A stretch of 64,000 nt of DNA from Acanthaster planci (Eukaryota): assembly GCF_001949145.1 (NCBI RefSeq), contig NW_019091361.1:682001-746000 (forward strand). Direction: 5' to 3'. The stretch's first letter is position 1. Every line of letters starts with the position of its first letter. Shown one piece after another: positions 25,928-40,030 of this stretch. The notes below the pieces were generated by a model. That model made no database searches. It was not told the origin of the DNA and saw nothing but the letters and a program-made list of their open reading frames with translations. The position numbers and the translations under genes were made by a program.

Positions 25928-28900
25928 CTGAAAGACAAATGACTGGGTTACAGCACTGGACATGCAGTATGTGCATGTACATAAACAAGCAGAGCTGAAT
26001 GGAAAACACAAGGGGAAGGGAAGGTCCCTCCCCCCCCAAAAAAAAACCACAGAACATGAAAGGGTGGGACATGGACAAGAGGACAGTGAGTGGATTTGAT
26101 CTTAGATCTCTCTCAGTATAGGCATCTCCTAATCTGTCTAGTCTGATTTGATGACAACCCATTCCATACAGTGATGTTGTAGTTCAGGTTGCATTATGCC
26201 AACTCATATGACTGGCATCACACCCACAGCTTTTCATACCAAGTACTGCTTTTTGAGTCCAATCAACAAAATCTCCAGAATTTAGGACACTTTTGTGGGT
26301 TCATCCAAGATTAATGGAATCAACCAAATACATAGACATGATAACTGAAGTCCCTTTTTCCTTTGAATCAACTGAAAATCACAAGTTCAACCAAAACAAA
26401 TTGCCACAGTCTCCTTCAGTTTTGAAATCTGGAAAATTCATAAGACTCTAAGACTAACAAAAGAATATAGGAATGACACTCTATTGTATCCTGAAAGCAC
26501 CGTCTCCTGTATACTCTGAAAGCATAGTCTACTTTGCTGGTAAAACAATAAATGTTTACAATACAACATAGATTATTTGTATTCTTCACACAACATGGTA
26601 TCATTAACGGTAATTAAACCATTGGTTTAATTAACAGATACCGTAAATTGAGTAAATTATCTTCTCTGTTGTTTGGAGAAGATGAGAAGTTCAAGTTACA
26701 AAGAGAAAAGACTTGTAAGGGCCAGAATGTGTTGTCCGATAGAAAACACTTTTTAATTCCAAAATTAAATGACAAGATAAAACTCTTGAACTAAATGGCT
26801 CCATCTGGAAAGTCAAGCTTCTAAAGATGGTAAATAGCAATTTCTTACTTTACAACAAACTATGACCATGACATTCAACTTGGTAACAAGATTTGGACAA
26901 AATGTCATTACCTCAAATTCCACATCCTATTACCATACACTCAGATGAACATAAATGTCTCAAAGGAAAATAAATTTACAAAAATTCATCGACTTTGAAA
27001 TCCTGTTAATCTACGGTAGCTGTGTCCCCATCAGATCTATGACCAAATCCAACAATTCCATTAAAACGATAAAAACCCATAACTTCCCCCCACTGGACTG
27101 CACAACAATATGCAAAGTATTCTAGTTTCCCTGGGTTGGCTACTCTTACAGTCTCTTGGCCTAATTGGATCAGTATCACTTAATGAAAGACTAGGGCCCA
27201 GCAGTCCCTATTGAAACTCGACCGGCCGCATTTTGTTGCCCAGACAATCAGCCGAGGGCCCCTGCCAGTGTGTATGTGTGTGAGTGCGCAAGGGGGGCTT
27301 TACCCGTCCACCCATCCTTAGTTCCAATTCCATTTATTCACTCCATTCAATCATGGCACGGCCGACTGCCTCAGTGGATGAGGTACTATAATGCAATAAC
27401 CACAGGCTCGGGTAATAATCCGTTATGTTGTCATCCCGCACATCATAACCTTGGCTGGGGCCAAAGGAGCAACCCGCCCCTGGACCAATTAGATAAAAAA
27501 GACAGAGAGAGAACTAGCATCTTTATTAAAAGACTGCCACAAATGAAGGAGGGGGGGTGGTACTGGTACCGCTGAGTTGAGTGGTTCCACTTATCGATAG
27601 TTGTCACAAGCATTGATTTATTAATGGTTCAATTACTACGACCACCCTCAAGTCAACTCCACCAACAAATTGATTTTCCCTACAACTCTAAAAGGTGATC
27701 AAGTACATAATAGTTGGATGGAGTTTAGTAAATACCGGTACCTATACAAACGAAGCATTTTCGATTCTGTCCCAGCTACATGCGTAATGTACATGCAATA
27801 TACTGGTGTGGTTGCTAACATGTAAGTTTAGACAATGTTCCATTAACGTATCAACATGTACGTGTTGGTATGAGTTCAGAATCTAAAGTTAACAAATAAA
27901 GTTTAAACATAAAATGAATGCACGACACAGAACAACCTCTGTATCAATTTGCCTTGAATGTTGCCACAGAAAGCGTAGAAATACAACCCTCTCTCAGACA
28001 CACAAGATGCTCTTTGGTAGATGATCAGATTGAAATTGAAATCACTGCTCTGTTCTAGCTGACTGCAGATAGCTACATGTATGCTGTTTCGCTGTTTGCA
28101 GCCAAAAAGCATGAGATGGAATATAATTACGTTGTTTATGTTGACCCGCAAGGCATACCTCTGTATCAACGACTACAAAAAAAGAGAGATGGTCCCAGCA
28201 AGAGAGAAACTTTATTGAGACACTGCAATGACATCTTCTGGTACCTAGAGATAGAGACTGATGGAGCAGTAAGCAGCCAGGTATCGATGAGGGGCAAAAA
28301 CGATCCCCAGATCAATACTCAGCAGGTATAACTCAGCCAGTAGAAGCGCATACAGCTCCGCCTAAAGGTCAAGGTTTGGACCCAGCATGCTGCATTAGCT
28401 TTCCCGCTAGGGACAACTCGCTGTGCGGACTATTTACACTGACAACAGATTAGAGCTGCTGACTCTCTCCCCGACTGAAAAAACCTTGACAAACATCGCT
28501 TTTTTGTCTCACCACAGAAAACGTGACCCAATTTTATATTCTATTGGAGTACCTTTCTTTTCTCTCCCCAACCCTTGTTCATATCAAGGACTGGCTTAAA
28601 TAGAGGCTCAAGTTCCTCATTTTGACAGGAACAATTTGATACTGTTCTCTCTCCCTTGGAGAAGGTCCTAGTCTTTTTATCAAATGCCGATATGAGTCCC
28701 CTCTCACTGATGACATTCAAAACTTACAGTTTTCAGAAGCATTTCGTTTCAATTTCAGATTACCTATTGAATGTCTCCTACAGAGTAAATTGTACATTGT
28801 AAAAGCTAATTCAACTGGATTTGGTTTCACAATCTTCAATGATTACAAGACCCACAAATATCAAGACCAATTCTTCCCAATCTCAATCCTACTGCACTTC

Positions 28901-29524
28901 ATGTCTTGGATTTGCTGTATTCTTTTCCACCTTTTTTCTCACAAAACTCATTAGAAAAATAAAACAATTCTCACATGTTCAGATTGGCTAGTCATTCTCA
29001 CACCATTTTGATCATTGTCGTTTAAAATGTTGGAAAACAAAATTCACATAGTTTTTTACCTAACTGGTCCACATGTTCTCTCAGGTTGTACAATCAAGCA
29101 GGGTAATAGATGTTAAAAAAAAGGTTGAAATGAAACCATTTTACTAAATCCTGATGGAGCCATAAATTGCTTTTCAACTTGTGTACATGTCGTGAGTTAA
29201 ACTGGATCCCGTGTACAACAGATCAAATACATACTATGAAATGTTTCAACTGCGCAGGGTTCAACCGGTGTCATGAGCCAATTTGAAACATGAATGATGA
29301 GGGGGACCAGCACCAGGACCTGAGCTACAACTAGCCATAATATCCTGGGAAGATGGCCGATTTAAAACTAACAGGCTAGGGAAGGAAGGGATGGAAAGGG
29401 AGTCAAACCACTCATCTCAAGTGAAATCAATCAATGCAGGGTTGAAATATGAATCTTTTAGCATAGAATCTAGATGTAAAACTTCCACTTTTTTTGGACC
29501 TCTCATACATGTACATGTACATGT

Positions 29525-29626
29525 ATGAGAGGTCAGGTACTCAGACACTCAGTTCCAGAAATGAGTGGTCAGGTTCTCAGACACCCAGTTCCAGAAATGA
29601 GTGGTCAGGTACTCAGACACCCAGTT
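29525..29626. repeat. 36-bp minisatellite, about 2.8 copies
   Basis: ATGAGTGGTCAGGTACTCAGACACCCAGTTCCAGAA units start at 29525, 29561 and 29597. Confidence 0.95.
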
Positions 29627-32522
29627 TCCATGCAAAGCCCTAAAAGACAGCGGTCTAGGCAAACCTGTCAGGTAACCGTAACAACTAACAAACCTCAATT
29701 CCAACAGTCTCCTGTTGAAGAGATTGAAGTCAAATTGTTTTACTCTGGCTAACTCAATATGCATGCAGTGGTACATGTATAAAAGGTACTGAATTGAGAC
29801 GCAAATTAAATTATCACTTGCTTTTAATATGCATTAACAATAATTTGCCTTCCAATGATGGGATAAAAACCCAAACTTATCGTTTTACATATACGTGTAT
29901 GCAACTTTTCAAAAGTCACACAATGATGAAATCTAAAAGGGTGGGCAATGCTGTCTGCAGCTCTGTGGGTATCCTACACAATCAGAAAGGATTTAACGAA
30001 ACCCAGCAGAATGGAAGTGCTTTAATCGCAAACGTAAACACCAAAGTCCTTGATCTCAGCACAGGAATTTTTTATGTTGGAAGTTGACACTTACTACTAA
30101 GCTGGGCCTGTGATGGGTCACATTGGCCAACACCCCCCCCCAACACTGCCCAGGGTAAGACCTCTAAAAACCTACCTAGAGGATTATCATTCTGGAGCCA
30201 GACAGTGTGCCAGCCAGTCAGCATGACAGCCTGCTGGGATAAGCCTCTGACATCAGATCCCCTCTTTCAGGGAGATATATTCCCCATGAATGACAACACT
30301 GTCTGACCTTGAGGGATGTCAGATAAGCTGAAGGGTAAACACTGCAGTCCTCATCAGGTCAACAATGTGTACAAAAGCCTCAACTCACAGGCTTGCTCAC
30401 TCAATGCCATCCCTGTTAAAGGGGCTGGATATTTCACATAACTCCAATCTTCAGACACAGTTTTCAAAGCAAACTCGATGGATTCAGAAAATTGAAAAAG
30501 AAACACCAGTAAAACCACGCATGACTGTCCCTGTATGATGACTGGGATTCCATTTACATGTACAACGAAATTTTCTAAGGTGAGTAGATACAAATACGAG
30601 CAGGACAGTACAGATGAAGCACTAAGTCACAAACTTCTGTAACTTTTTCCGGCGACTTTTATTGGTTACCGAATGAACATAAGCATTTCAACTCAGAAGC
30701 TACCAGTGCTTAAGGCCAGTTAAATGTGTCTCAATTTGCAATGCATATACCACTGGTCTGTTTTTTAAACACCAAGAGTACCCAGAGTTGAAATCAAATC
30801 ACCACAAGTGAATGAAAATGCAATCACAACTTCACAAGCCAACCACTCTCAAGCAATGTCACAAGCTCTTCAAAGGAGCTGTGACAAAGGACCTTTCAAC
30901 CCTTTGACACTATTAATCTCTCTTAACTGGTGACCTTGCTGGTGACCTGATGTTAACTTTTGCTTGGCAGAATTCCAACTCCTACATATAACTCAGCACA
31001 ATGCTTACATAAATGTGAAACACATCCTAAGTTATGGATGAAAAATTGAAAAATATACGGATGAAATCAAAAGAAATGGACATTTCCAAGCATTTTGAAA
31101 AGACCCTTTCTACACAGAGGTCTCAAAGGTGGATATTCCACACAGCTTTTGAATGATGCAAACAACAACGCACTTTACCACTGCTTTGACGTAAAATGGT
31201 TATTTAACAGGGAATCGGTCATTGTTACTCATATCATGACTAACGTGGCAGCTTCTCTTTAGATTTATAAAAAAATTGTCATTTTGGGAGTTCAGTTCCA
31301 CTGCGAGAATGCTCAGAGTTAAAAAAAAATGTCGACGAGGGCAGCAAACAAACTCTGAGGGAACAATAGCCGTATTATGACACAATCAAATCACAATATG
31401 GCTCCCGCCCCCCCAGTTTCTTGACCTTGCGGCCGTAATAGAGGGCTTTATAGAACAAGAACAGAGAAAAGACGGGCAAAGTAAGTTAGACGTCATTCTT
31501 GGCAAATGATCACCACCATGTGCATGAAATTCATCAGGACCTTACTTCAAATTGGGACAATTCAACTTAATCATACAATCATATGACCTTGTCTGACCAA
31601 CATGGTAGATGTAAAAGCAATTCCAAGTCACTCTCATTGTCCAAGCTCTTTTAATTCACAGTCAAGTTCTCACACACACCAGGCATATTCAAATGAAATC
31701 TTGAAACAGTGGTATAACTGCAGAGCCGTAGTGTGATGTCATAAAAAACAAGCTTCTTTTGGATACTCATGATGACTTCGTTTTAATCTTGCTTGATAAG
31801 AAGGAGAACTTGAACCCGTGCTGTTGCGATCAGCAGCAATCTTTTAGTTTTTACCTGCTAGATTGTTTTAAATATAACTAAATTTCATAAAAAGTGAGAT
31901 TGTAAATTACCAATGTGACTGATCTTTAACAATGGTTATGACCAGTTTTTGACCGGTGCACGACACTTTCAGATGTCTCACACCAGCACTGATGAAAACC
32001 TTAATAACAAGAAAACAATTTTCAATTCAGATTCTAGTTACTGACAGCTGATGGTCCACTTAGCACAAGCAAAGTGCAGGTGTCAAATGCAAAACCACAA
32101 GCGCAGAACAGACAGAAAGGCAAGAATGGAAAAGCTTAAGGGTAGGCTCCACAAAAAGTACTTATGTGAACACACGTTTGGACAAATTAAACATTTGACT
32201 TTTAAACTTCTGGGGGGCCTGCTTTGTCTGATTCTCGGCCATATCAACACGTGCTTGCTTTGTGCAAATGAGTAGAAAATGGGAAAAAAGACAACCAAGT
32301 ACAGATGAGGGTTAAGATGTAAGTCAACAAAACTGGGGGTCACAAGAGAAATAAAGTCCTTCTCTGTCAGGGACTTCAGAAAGTACAAATCATCAGCTGT
32401 TGGTCAGTTTAGTGTTGTTCATCTTTCTGTTGACACGGGAGATGCTTAGTATGCAAGGGTACTTGAGGAAATACTTCAAATATTGGCCTCCTCTATTATT
32501 CAACACCAGATGTGGTTTCAAA

Positions 32523-32754
32523 CAGTTTTGTACTCGAGTCAATCACAAGTCCTTTCAGAAGTCGACTAGGCAAGTCCTTTCACCAGACCACACAGATAGC
32601 TTGGAAGCATCAGGGTGAGCAGTGACAAAGCCTGTTGCATTAACAGCCTGCAACTTGGCTTAAGATTGAATGACTAATAATTCACTTGTGATAGGCTTGC
32701 AGGGAATTGCAGGGATTCGGGAGGAACTTGACTGTAGGTACATGTACAACTCTG
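32523..32754. mobile_element. hAT-like MITE (AAGTC/GACTT family)
   Basis: Left end CAGTTTTGTACTCGAGTC with AAGTC repeats; right end ..GACTG-TAGGTACATG-TACAACTCTG. Confidence 0.5.
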
Positions 32755-35700
32755 GTTTCAAGGGCTAAAAGTGGCTGAAGGTTTATTGTGGCTGACAGAC
32801 AGTGTCTGTACCCACCAAAAGTAAAGACTTCATCTTTCAAACTCACAGATGTACATGTACCTGAAACTTACATTTTTAACATACAGATTCCAGGTTTAAC
32901 TCTTCAGTCCTTACGACTTTGCTCTTAATTTTACCCCTGCTTATCCAACATTTCAAATATTACTTAGCCCTAACCCCCTAGGGACCATTGAAATCCTGCA
33001 CAACCTTGTTGGGTTAAGCATGGTTAGGGTTAGACTATTCCAGAATCATAAGTGATATCCCAAAGGGGGGAATATTTTTAAAAACTAATGACAGTCCTTC
33101 GGTAGGAACTCACCACCTGCATGCAAAAGTTTCTTCGCATTTGGAATGCGGAATGTGCAGGGTTTGCGCAACCAATTTCTGTTTGAATTCAAGGACTTCC
33201 TGTGTGTGGCAGGTGCATGCGTGAGCCCAGTTGAAAATTTTCTATAAGCCTGTCTTTCTTTTTTTTTTTGCTGGTGAGGGTGCATTTCACCTCCGGGTGA
33301 ACTCAATGTTGGTTGCTTCTGTTCAGTGCAAAATGGATCTATGGAGTTGCCATTACAGCAATGGCTCCATAATTGCTTTCTTAAAAATGAGGTGCGTGAA
33401 GTGGCAAATCAAGACGTCCTATTGGTCGAAACATGTAACACAAGTATGCCTGCATGTAAAAGTGAGGCCAGAACAGTAAGGGCTCCTACTTCTGGTCAAT
33501 GAATTACCAGTGTATCGTACAAATTCAAACAAAGATACTAATTCTGTCCATTTCTTGCTGAGAGACACATTCAACACAATTGGTAAGTTTATTCCAACAC
33601 TTTTCAGTCTAGTCCACTGGGCCAAGTCAACTTATATTTGGTTTTACATGTATATGTAGAAAGTATCTTGGCACATTTAACTCTTCCAACACAAACAGTT
33701 TGGAGAGTTACTGAATGGATCTGTAATATAAGACTTTTAAAAAAAGTATCTCCCTCCCATTTTTTGTCAATTTCCATGGTATCATTTCACCACTAATGAT
33801 TATACACAGAAGTATAAACTCAAAGAGTTGGTGCAGTCCCAAAATATCCAACAATTCTGTTATCCAACCCACCATTGATTACAAAGCTTCAATCACCAAG
33901 TCCAAGACAGGCCAAGGAAATTAATCAACATCATCTAACAGACTGAGCTACACACAAGTCTGGTTATCAGGAATGGCTATGTGGCCCATCACCTATGAAC
34001 AAAAGAGGTCCTTGAGCTGAGTACTTGCAACTTGTATGGTACTGTTTCCTTATCTACATGTACACAAAGGCAGACAATGCTGCTACCAAGCTATTACACC
34101 ACTATTATCCAGGCTATTTCTACTGCTTAATGATTATGACTACAGAACTCTGTTGCTTCTTAAACACAACCCTGCACAATATTTGTAAGGATAAGTACCG
34201 GTACATGGCATTCCTATTGAATTTGGTGAATATCAATCAAGATATACAATACATGATGTACGTAAGCACTGCTTACTATAGTGGACATTCCTTTGTTTGG
34301 GAGAATTAGGTAAAAGTTTACTCATTTTTGTTTCCTTGGCTGTTCTTCGTTTTGCTATGTATGCATACTTGTAGATAACCCCAACTGCCTTATATCTACA
34401 GGTAGGTACATGTAGAAACCTGTTCCTCAGAGAGGGAGCATTGTGTGGAGGTGAGCAAGTCCACACAATTTCTTTAACTACATGCGCTGTGTGGACATCT
34501 TTTGTTCTTGGGTCCACTCAAGGAATACAATGCCCGCGTGTATGCACTCATTCCTAGGTGGTATGTATTTTCACAGTAATTTTACATAAATCCAAGCTAT
34601 AAGAAAATGCATCCTGCATCAACATGCATGACTCCATGTATAAAGAGGAGCATGTCGTGCTCCCTAACCTATATAAATGATGCAACATTTCCTTCTTGGA
34701 TCAAGCATGGCTCAGGGAAAAAAAACTAACTTCTCTTCTCTTCAAGACCCAAGAGGCTCTCATGGATATGAAATTTTGAAATTGAAAAAAAAAACACCAA
34801 GAAAACAAGAAACGAAAGCAAAGCTCTTTGCGATCTGAAATGTCAAGGCCCAAGATCTTACATTTGTTGAAACAGCCATCGAAAAAGCCATTACAAGTCT
34901 CTTAAAGGCCTTCCTTGAATGGGCAGGCTACTGGCTTTACGCTGTAGCCTTGTTAGTCTGGCAACGGCAGTTTTTTCCAACTCACTAGGGAAACACAATG
35001 AAGAGGAATCCTCTTAATTTCTGTCTTCTAATGGATTAGAATTGCTTATATTGAAGCAATGGGTCTTGAAAGAATCATCTTAGTCACAATTGACATTGTC
35101 AATGTGGTAACTACAGTTATTGCTGCAAGTACAATGTGTACAAATGGTTATTGATTATGTTCAAATCAATGATAAAATTGAATACATTTGTACAGGGAGC
35201 ATACAAGTCTTAAGCCACATCAATGATTGTTCCTTGATATTGGCACAGTAACCTTTCTGCTGTCCACTGCTGATCCAGGAAAGAACAGATCAAAATGCCA
35301 CGCCCTCCCACACTTCGAAATTTATCTCTCAGGTCACTCCAGTTAATATCAGTACATTGACGCCTTTTTCTTGTTAAGCATAGCAGCCTGTTATCTAAGC
35401 CTGATCAAAGAATGTCCATAAACGCATATGTATGTAACTTTCAGAAAATAGTGTAACATCCAACAGAGGCACACGTCACCTTGCCCTTGGTTTCACAACT
35501 CCTCGCAACTCGGGAATTGTCAAATGTACAGGTAGTTTCAAAGGCCAAATTTCACCGAGTTCAACTCGAGTTCACAACTTAGTTTTCTAGACACAGCTTA
35601 CCAGCAAGTTGTATCATAAAGCCATGTGAGTAACACAACAAATGTTCCTCAACAATAAATTCCAAAATCAGTTACCGGTATGATGTGGCTTCAACTCATC

Positions 35701-35926
35701 GCAATGGACAAGGTGTTTTTTGAAGTCAACTTCTGGTACTTAATTCCTTTTAAATTCTATGTAGGCAATGTAACAATACTTCTTATAATTGTCTGACTGT
35801 TTACATTTTTCACCATCACCACTAACCCTACTCACACTGATTGAATTCATGTCTTCCTACTAAAAAATCGTTAAGGAACAGAAGCCTCTAAGATGCTGTC
35901 AACTAAAGTTAATGTTTCCAACTTAC

Positions 35927-35971
35927 CTTTAGTTGACTCCAGAGACAAGGAAGACGCCTCAGTGCTCCTGT
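35927..35971 (-). CDS. 45-nt internal exon (phase 1-1 reading DRSTEASSLSLESTK) of unidentified host gene
   Basis: Strong polypyrimidine acceptor TTCTTTTGTTCTCTTTCTGTTTTTAG| and consensus donor AAG|GTAAGT. Length is divisible by 3 and two frames are open. Confidence 0.65.
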
Positions 35972-37568
35972 CTAAAAACAGAAAGAGAACAAAAGAATTC
36001 ACAGATTGTAACGTTGGAAGCATTCCACATTTTGTAGAAAGATGAAAACACATAAATCATACAAACAGACTGCACAAGTACGTTGGTAAAAGGTTCTTCT
36101 CATTCCTGCTTTCCAAAATCACAAAAATATCAAGGAAATAGTTTTTATTGTCTGATAATCCAAAATTAAGTTCCTAATTTTTTTGAATGTGTTTTAAATT
36201 GAATTTCAATCTAACTGAATTTCTGCCACTGAAGGGTGATCTACAGAAGAAATGTTAAACACCTCCAGCCCGATTTCTACCTAATTTCTCAGCATCAAAG
36301 TTTTGACTTTTGACTAAAACAAACTGTTGACAGATTCATGTTTAAGCTTTCAAGAGTGTTTCAAATAATATAACAATCCCTGTTATATCAGACATCTGAC
36401 AGTCTGACACTGAATGGACAAAAGATTATTTCTAGAAAGCGGGACTTCAAGGGTTTGCAGGAGAGAAGAGTCAATTGTTAATTGAGATTTAAAGGTTGAA
36501 AGATTGATGGAGTAACCAAAGAAAGACTAATGCATTATTTTAGGGAGACTGCCAAGGCCTTTCAGTTCATAATAAAAGACCAAATATTTGACAAACAGCA
36601 CAAGACTGTGTATAAATGACCGTTAATCTCACTGGACTGCTCGGACTGACAACAAAGAACAAGCAATTTGGGTAAATGTACCACAGTAGGGACTGAGCAC
36701 AAGGTCACCGGGTCTCTATGAAAAAAAAAAAAAATAACAGTAGCAATATCATTTTGGCCGTTCTGAGCATTTGGCATTGTGTTCAAGCCCATGAAAAGCT
36801 AAATATACCAACAGAACAATGGTGCTCCACTGCGACCAACATCTGCTGGCTTTTACGGCACAGAGATCTGATTGGGCTAGACATTCAGGCATCATAACCA
36901 ATTTTCCCCAGTTTTTCTTTTTTAGTTTGGAAGGAGGCTAAGAGAACAGGAAAAGTTCAGGGAATTGCTGGGGTGAGTTGATTACAGTCAAATGGTGTCT
37001 GTTGGCGAATCACAGGTAGTTTATCTTTCTCACATGTCGCAGGGGCTATGGGGCAGACCACACGTTGCCCCTACTTTGGCCACGCTAGTCGACATTCCTC
37101 ACACCTCCCCCAACCCCAGCCAGCCAAACTCCGCTCCGCTTCATGTATCATTACACATTGACACTGTCTGATGAGGCCAGCAATGCAGGCCGGCCCAGAC
37201 ACAATCAAGTCCAAGGATGTGCAAAGCAAAACGATCTCCAACAACAAAGACCATCTGATTCTGATGAGGCGCCTGTCCGGAACAGTCAGGTACCTGGCAT
37301 ACAGAATGGCTTGATCATACTGATTTTCTATGGGAGACTTCAGGAACTTGACACCAATTCCCACATCACTGACTCCACAATCTTCTATATTCAAACACAC
37401 CAGGAAGAATAATTTAAAAGACAGATGAAGGATTGAGGACTGTTTGAGTTAACCATATCATAGCTCATGTCACTATGTTTACCAATTTCTTTGTACATGT
37501 ACCTGAACATGTACGAACTTCAATTTGCTTTAAATGTCAACAAAAATCTACTTAATAACTGACTTCTT

Positions 37569-37693
37569 ACAGAAACTTTTATGGTAGCCATGTTGCATGG
37601 CAGTTCTTTTGTTCGACAGGGACACCTCCTTTATGCATACTCTGTGAAGCAAAAGAACTGTCCTGCAAGATGGCAGCCATGCAAAGTCTCTAT
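37569..37693. mobile_element. Short fold-back MITE
   Basis: About 42-bp imperfect inverted arms AGAAACTTTTATGGTAGCCATGTTGCATGGCAGTTCTTTTG / CAAAAGAACTGTCCTGCAAGATGGCAGCCATGCAAAGTCTCT around a ~38-bp spacer. Confidence 0.7.
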
Positions 37694-39954
37694 GCATGGT
37701 GTAATAAAGCGGAATACAGCATGTCTGCTATCAATATACAGTACATAGGCCTATATCGATAAGGCAGGTGATCTACATGTACATGTAAGTTACAGTGGAG
37801 GTGTATACAGTCTTCTTCACACTCAATGTATTAAGTGCGCACACATGGGTAAAGTTGACATGTACATGTAAAGTTGCAGAATTCAAACGTAATTCATTAT
37901 TTGGTACACTATTGCACAGTGGATTAATCACACTATCAATCAAATCTTCCAATTAAGAGAAAACAGCAAGACGACCTGACTTCATCCATTCACAGAATAG
38001 AGAATATGGGCAAAGGAACACACAAATTCATATGTTGCATTATCCAAAATATCTTTAATTATCAAATACATTTCAGTGCCATTAAAAGAGATTCCCCTAG
38101 GGCATTTGAACACCAGAATGTACAAAATATATGAATAGGTTGCAATTGGGGCACTGGGGAAATATAAGCTTTCTGCAATTTGGGGGGAGAGAAATTAAAA
38201 AAGGAAGATAATGGAACTCCTCTGAAATGCTGCCTCCCTCAGATGCCATCTGATACTGGACCATTTCCCTAACGGAAAGGAATAGGTGATTGGCCCTCAT
38301 TGGTAATTTATGTTACAGAACAGGTGTTTCCCATCCAAGGGGAATTTTTTTTCAAAGTTCTAAAATCAGAGACATATAAAGGCATACAAGGCAAATAAGA
38401 CTTGATTGCAGCGCAGACACATGGGACACAGTACCCCCACGAGAGACAAGCAGGAAAACCTACACAATCCTGAATCTGTGATAACAGGCCTTTGGCAAGG
38501 AAAGGAAGGGAGGTTTCATGTGTGCCATTGTGCAGGAGCATTTCACTGATATAACACTTACACTCATTAGTAAGACAAGACACGACAAACCTGACGTCAA
38601 AGGTTTCTGCCACTGTGTGGACTGATCAATAATTTATTCCCAGGCCAAACTAATCGGTTGGTGTGATTGCTACTGGACTGCAATTAATCAGACCCCAAGC
38701 CCGGACGAACAAAACAATAAAATTAGACAACACCCCCCTCCCCCAAAGAAAGCTGAGTGAGACGGCAGTGAGCAAGGTGGTTTGCTTAGTTCAGCTAAGC
38801 ATTGGTCCAGATGGGCTCATAAGGGAAAAAAAAAGAAGAAAGAAATGGAGTGAAGAAGAAAAAATCTAATTTCCCTGAGCAGTGCTTTCAGCGACAGTAT
38901 ATGAGCCACTAGAGACTGCGTCCTTGGAATTCTGTGCCCTTGGTAACACCGCCACGCGCGCTGCAATGACGGCGAAAGCAGTAGTTCCAGAGCTAGCTAC
39001 ACGTGCAACGCGGTGGAAACTAATCGTAGAAGGTGTTGAGAATGCATTGAATGGTCCGCCAGTTCTAGCGTCAAAGAGGCAATACATAGGTTGAATGCAG
39101 ATGGAGACTGCCACATGATGTGATTAATCAACAACACTGTCCCATTTTTTTTCCTTTTAGAGTTTTCACTTGCTCATTTTTTTTTCAGACCACAAAGACC
39201 TACATTCAGTCACCAAATCACAGATTCAGGATATCAGCTTACTCATTTTATTCATTAATATAAAAGGAAATTCAATGCTAAAATTTTCATTTAATTTGGA
39301 CGAATGTGCAATAGCCACACTAACTGTGAAATCTTGTTCGACTCTACATGTTGTACATTTATGAGTTTTGTTTCTGATTCGCAGCATGTATTCTGCACAA
39401 GTACATGTACAGCGTAATGTGTTGCAGGGTGCAGTCCAACAATTCGAGCCGCACTAAAAACAGTACAAAATCAACATTGTTCAGGGCTCAGTAACATGCA
39501 TTCCAACATCGCTGGGGTTTCTGAAACACAAATCTAATTATTGTCTGGTCCCTAATCTTTTATCTTCTGTTCAATTTTTTTGTGGGTAAACCAATGATTT
39601 TTTTGAAGCCTGCTTGCAGCCAGTTTTCAAGTGGCAGCCCTCAACTTTCTCAGACTCTTAGGACCATTTTGCAAACTGTATTTCTTAGCCATTCTGCTCT
39701 CAGATAGAAGCTCAAAGACCCAGGGAGTTGATCTTGGCAAAGATTTACACAATCTCACCATTTTGGGGGCCAAACAAGTGCCTTTTTCAATAGATACTGT
39801 TGAGGCACTTTTAATGCTAATGAGTTGGCCATAAATTCTCACTTGAATTAGTAGACTGGGCCCTTGCATCTCCATTTGGTCGGTGATTTATAAGTCAGAT
39901 TGTTTCAATGTGAAGAGTACTGACACAACTTCCAAGACAACTTAAACCACATAA

Positions 39955-40030
39955 AGACAGCTAAGACATTTGCACCAGAGATCAAAAGGTCATGGGTTCG
40001 AATCCCATTTGAGTATAGCTTGCAAATTTT
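39955..40030 (+). mobile_element. tRNA-derived SINE head fragment
   Basis: Perfect B-box/T-loop GGTTCGAATCCC at 39995-40006, preceded by AGGTCATG. No complete cloverleaf. Confidence 0.55.

Noticed and set aside
29525..29752. ORF with (MSGQVLRHPVPE)x3, and the 36-bp unit as a possible CRISPR repeat
   Set aside because: Units are head-to-tail with no spacers and no cas genes. The peptide repeat follows from the 36-bp period.
32960..33035. CCCTAA / TTAGGG telomere-like motifs
   Set aside because: Only 1-2 units in inverted orientation, consistent with a small repeat rather than an interstitial telomere or telomerase template.
39955..40030. Possible tRNA gene (also 53509-53580)
   Set aside because: Promoter boxes are present but there are no intact acceptor or anticodon stems; SINE-derived.
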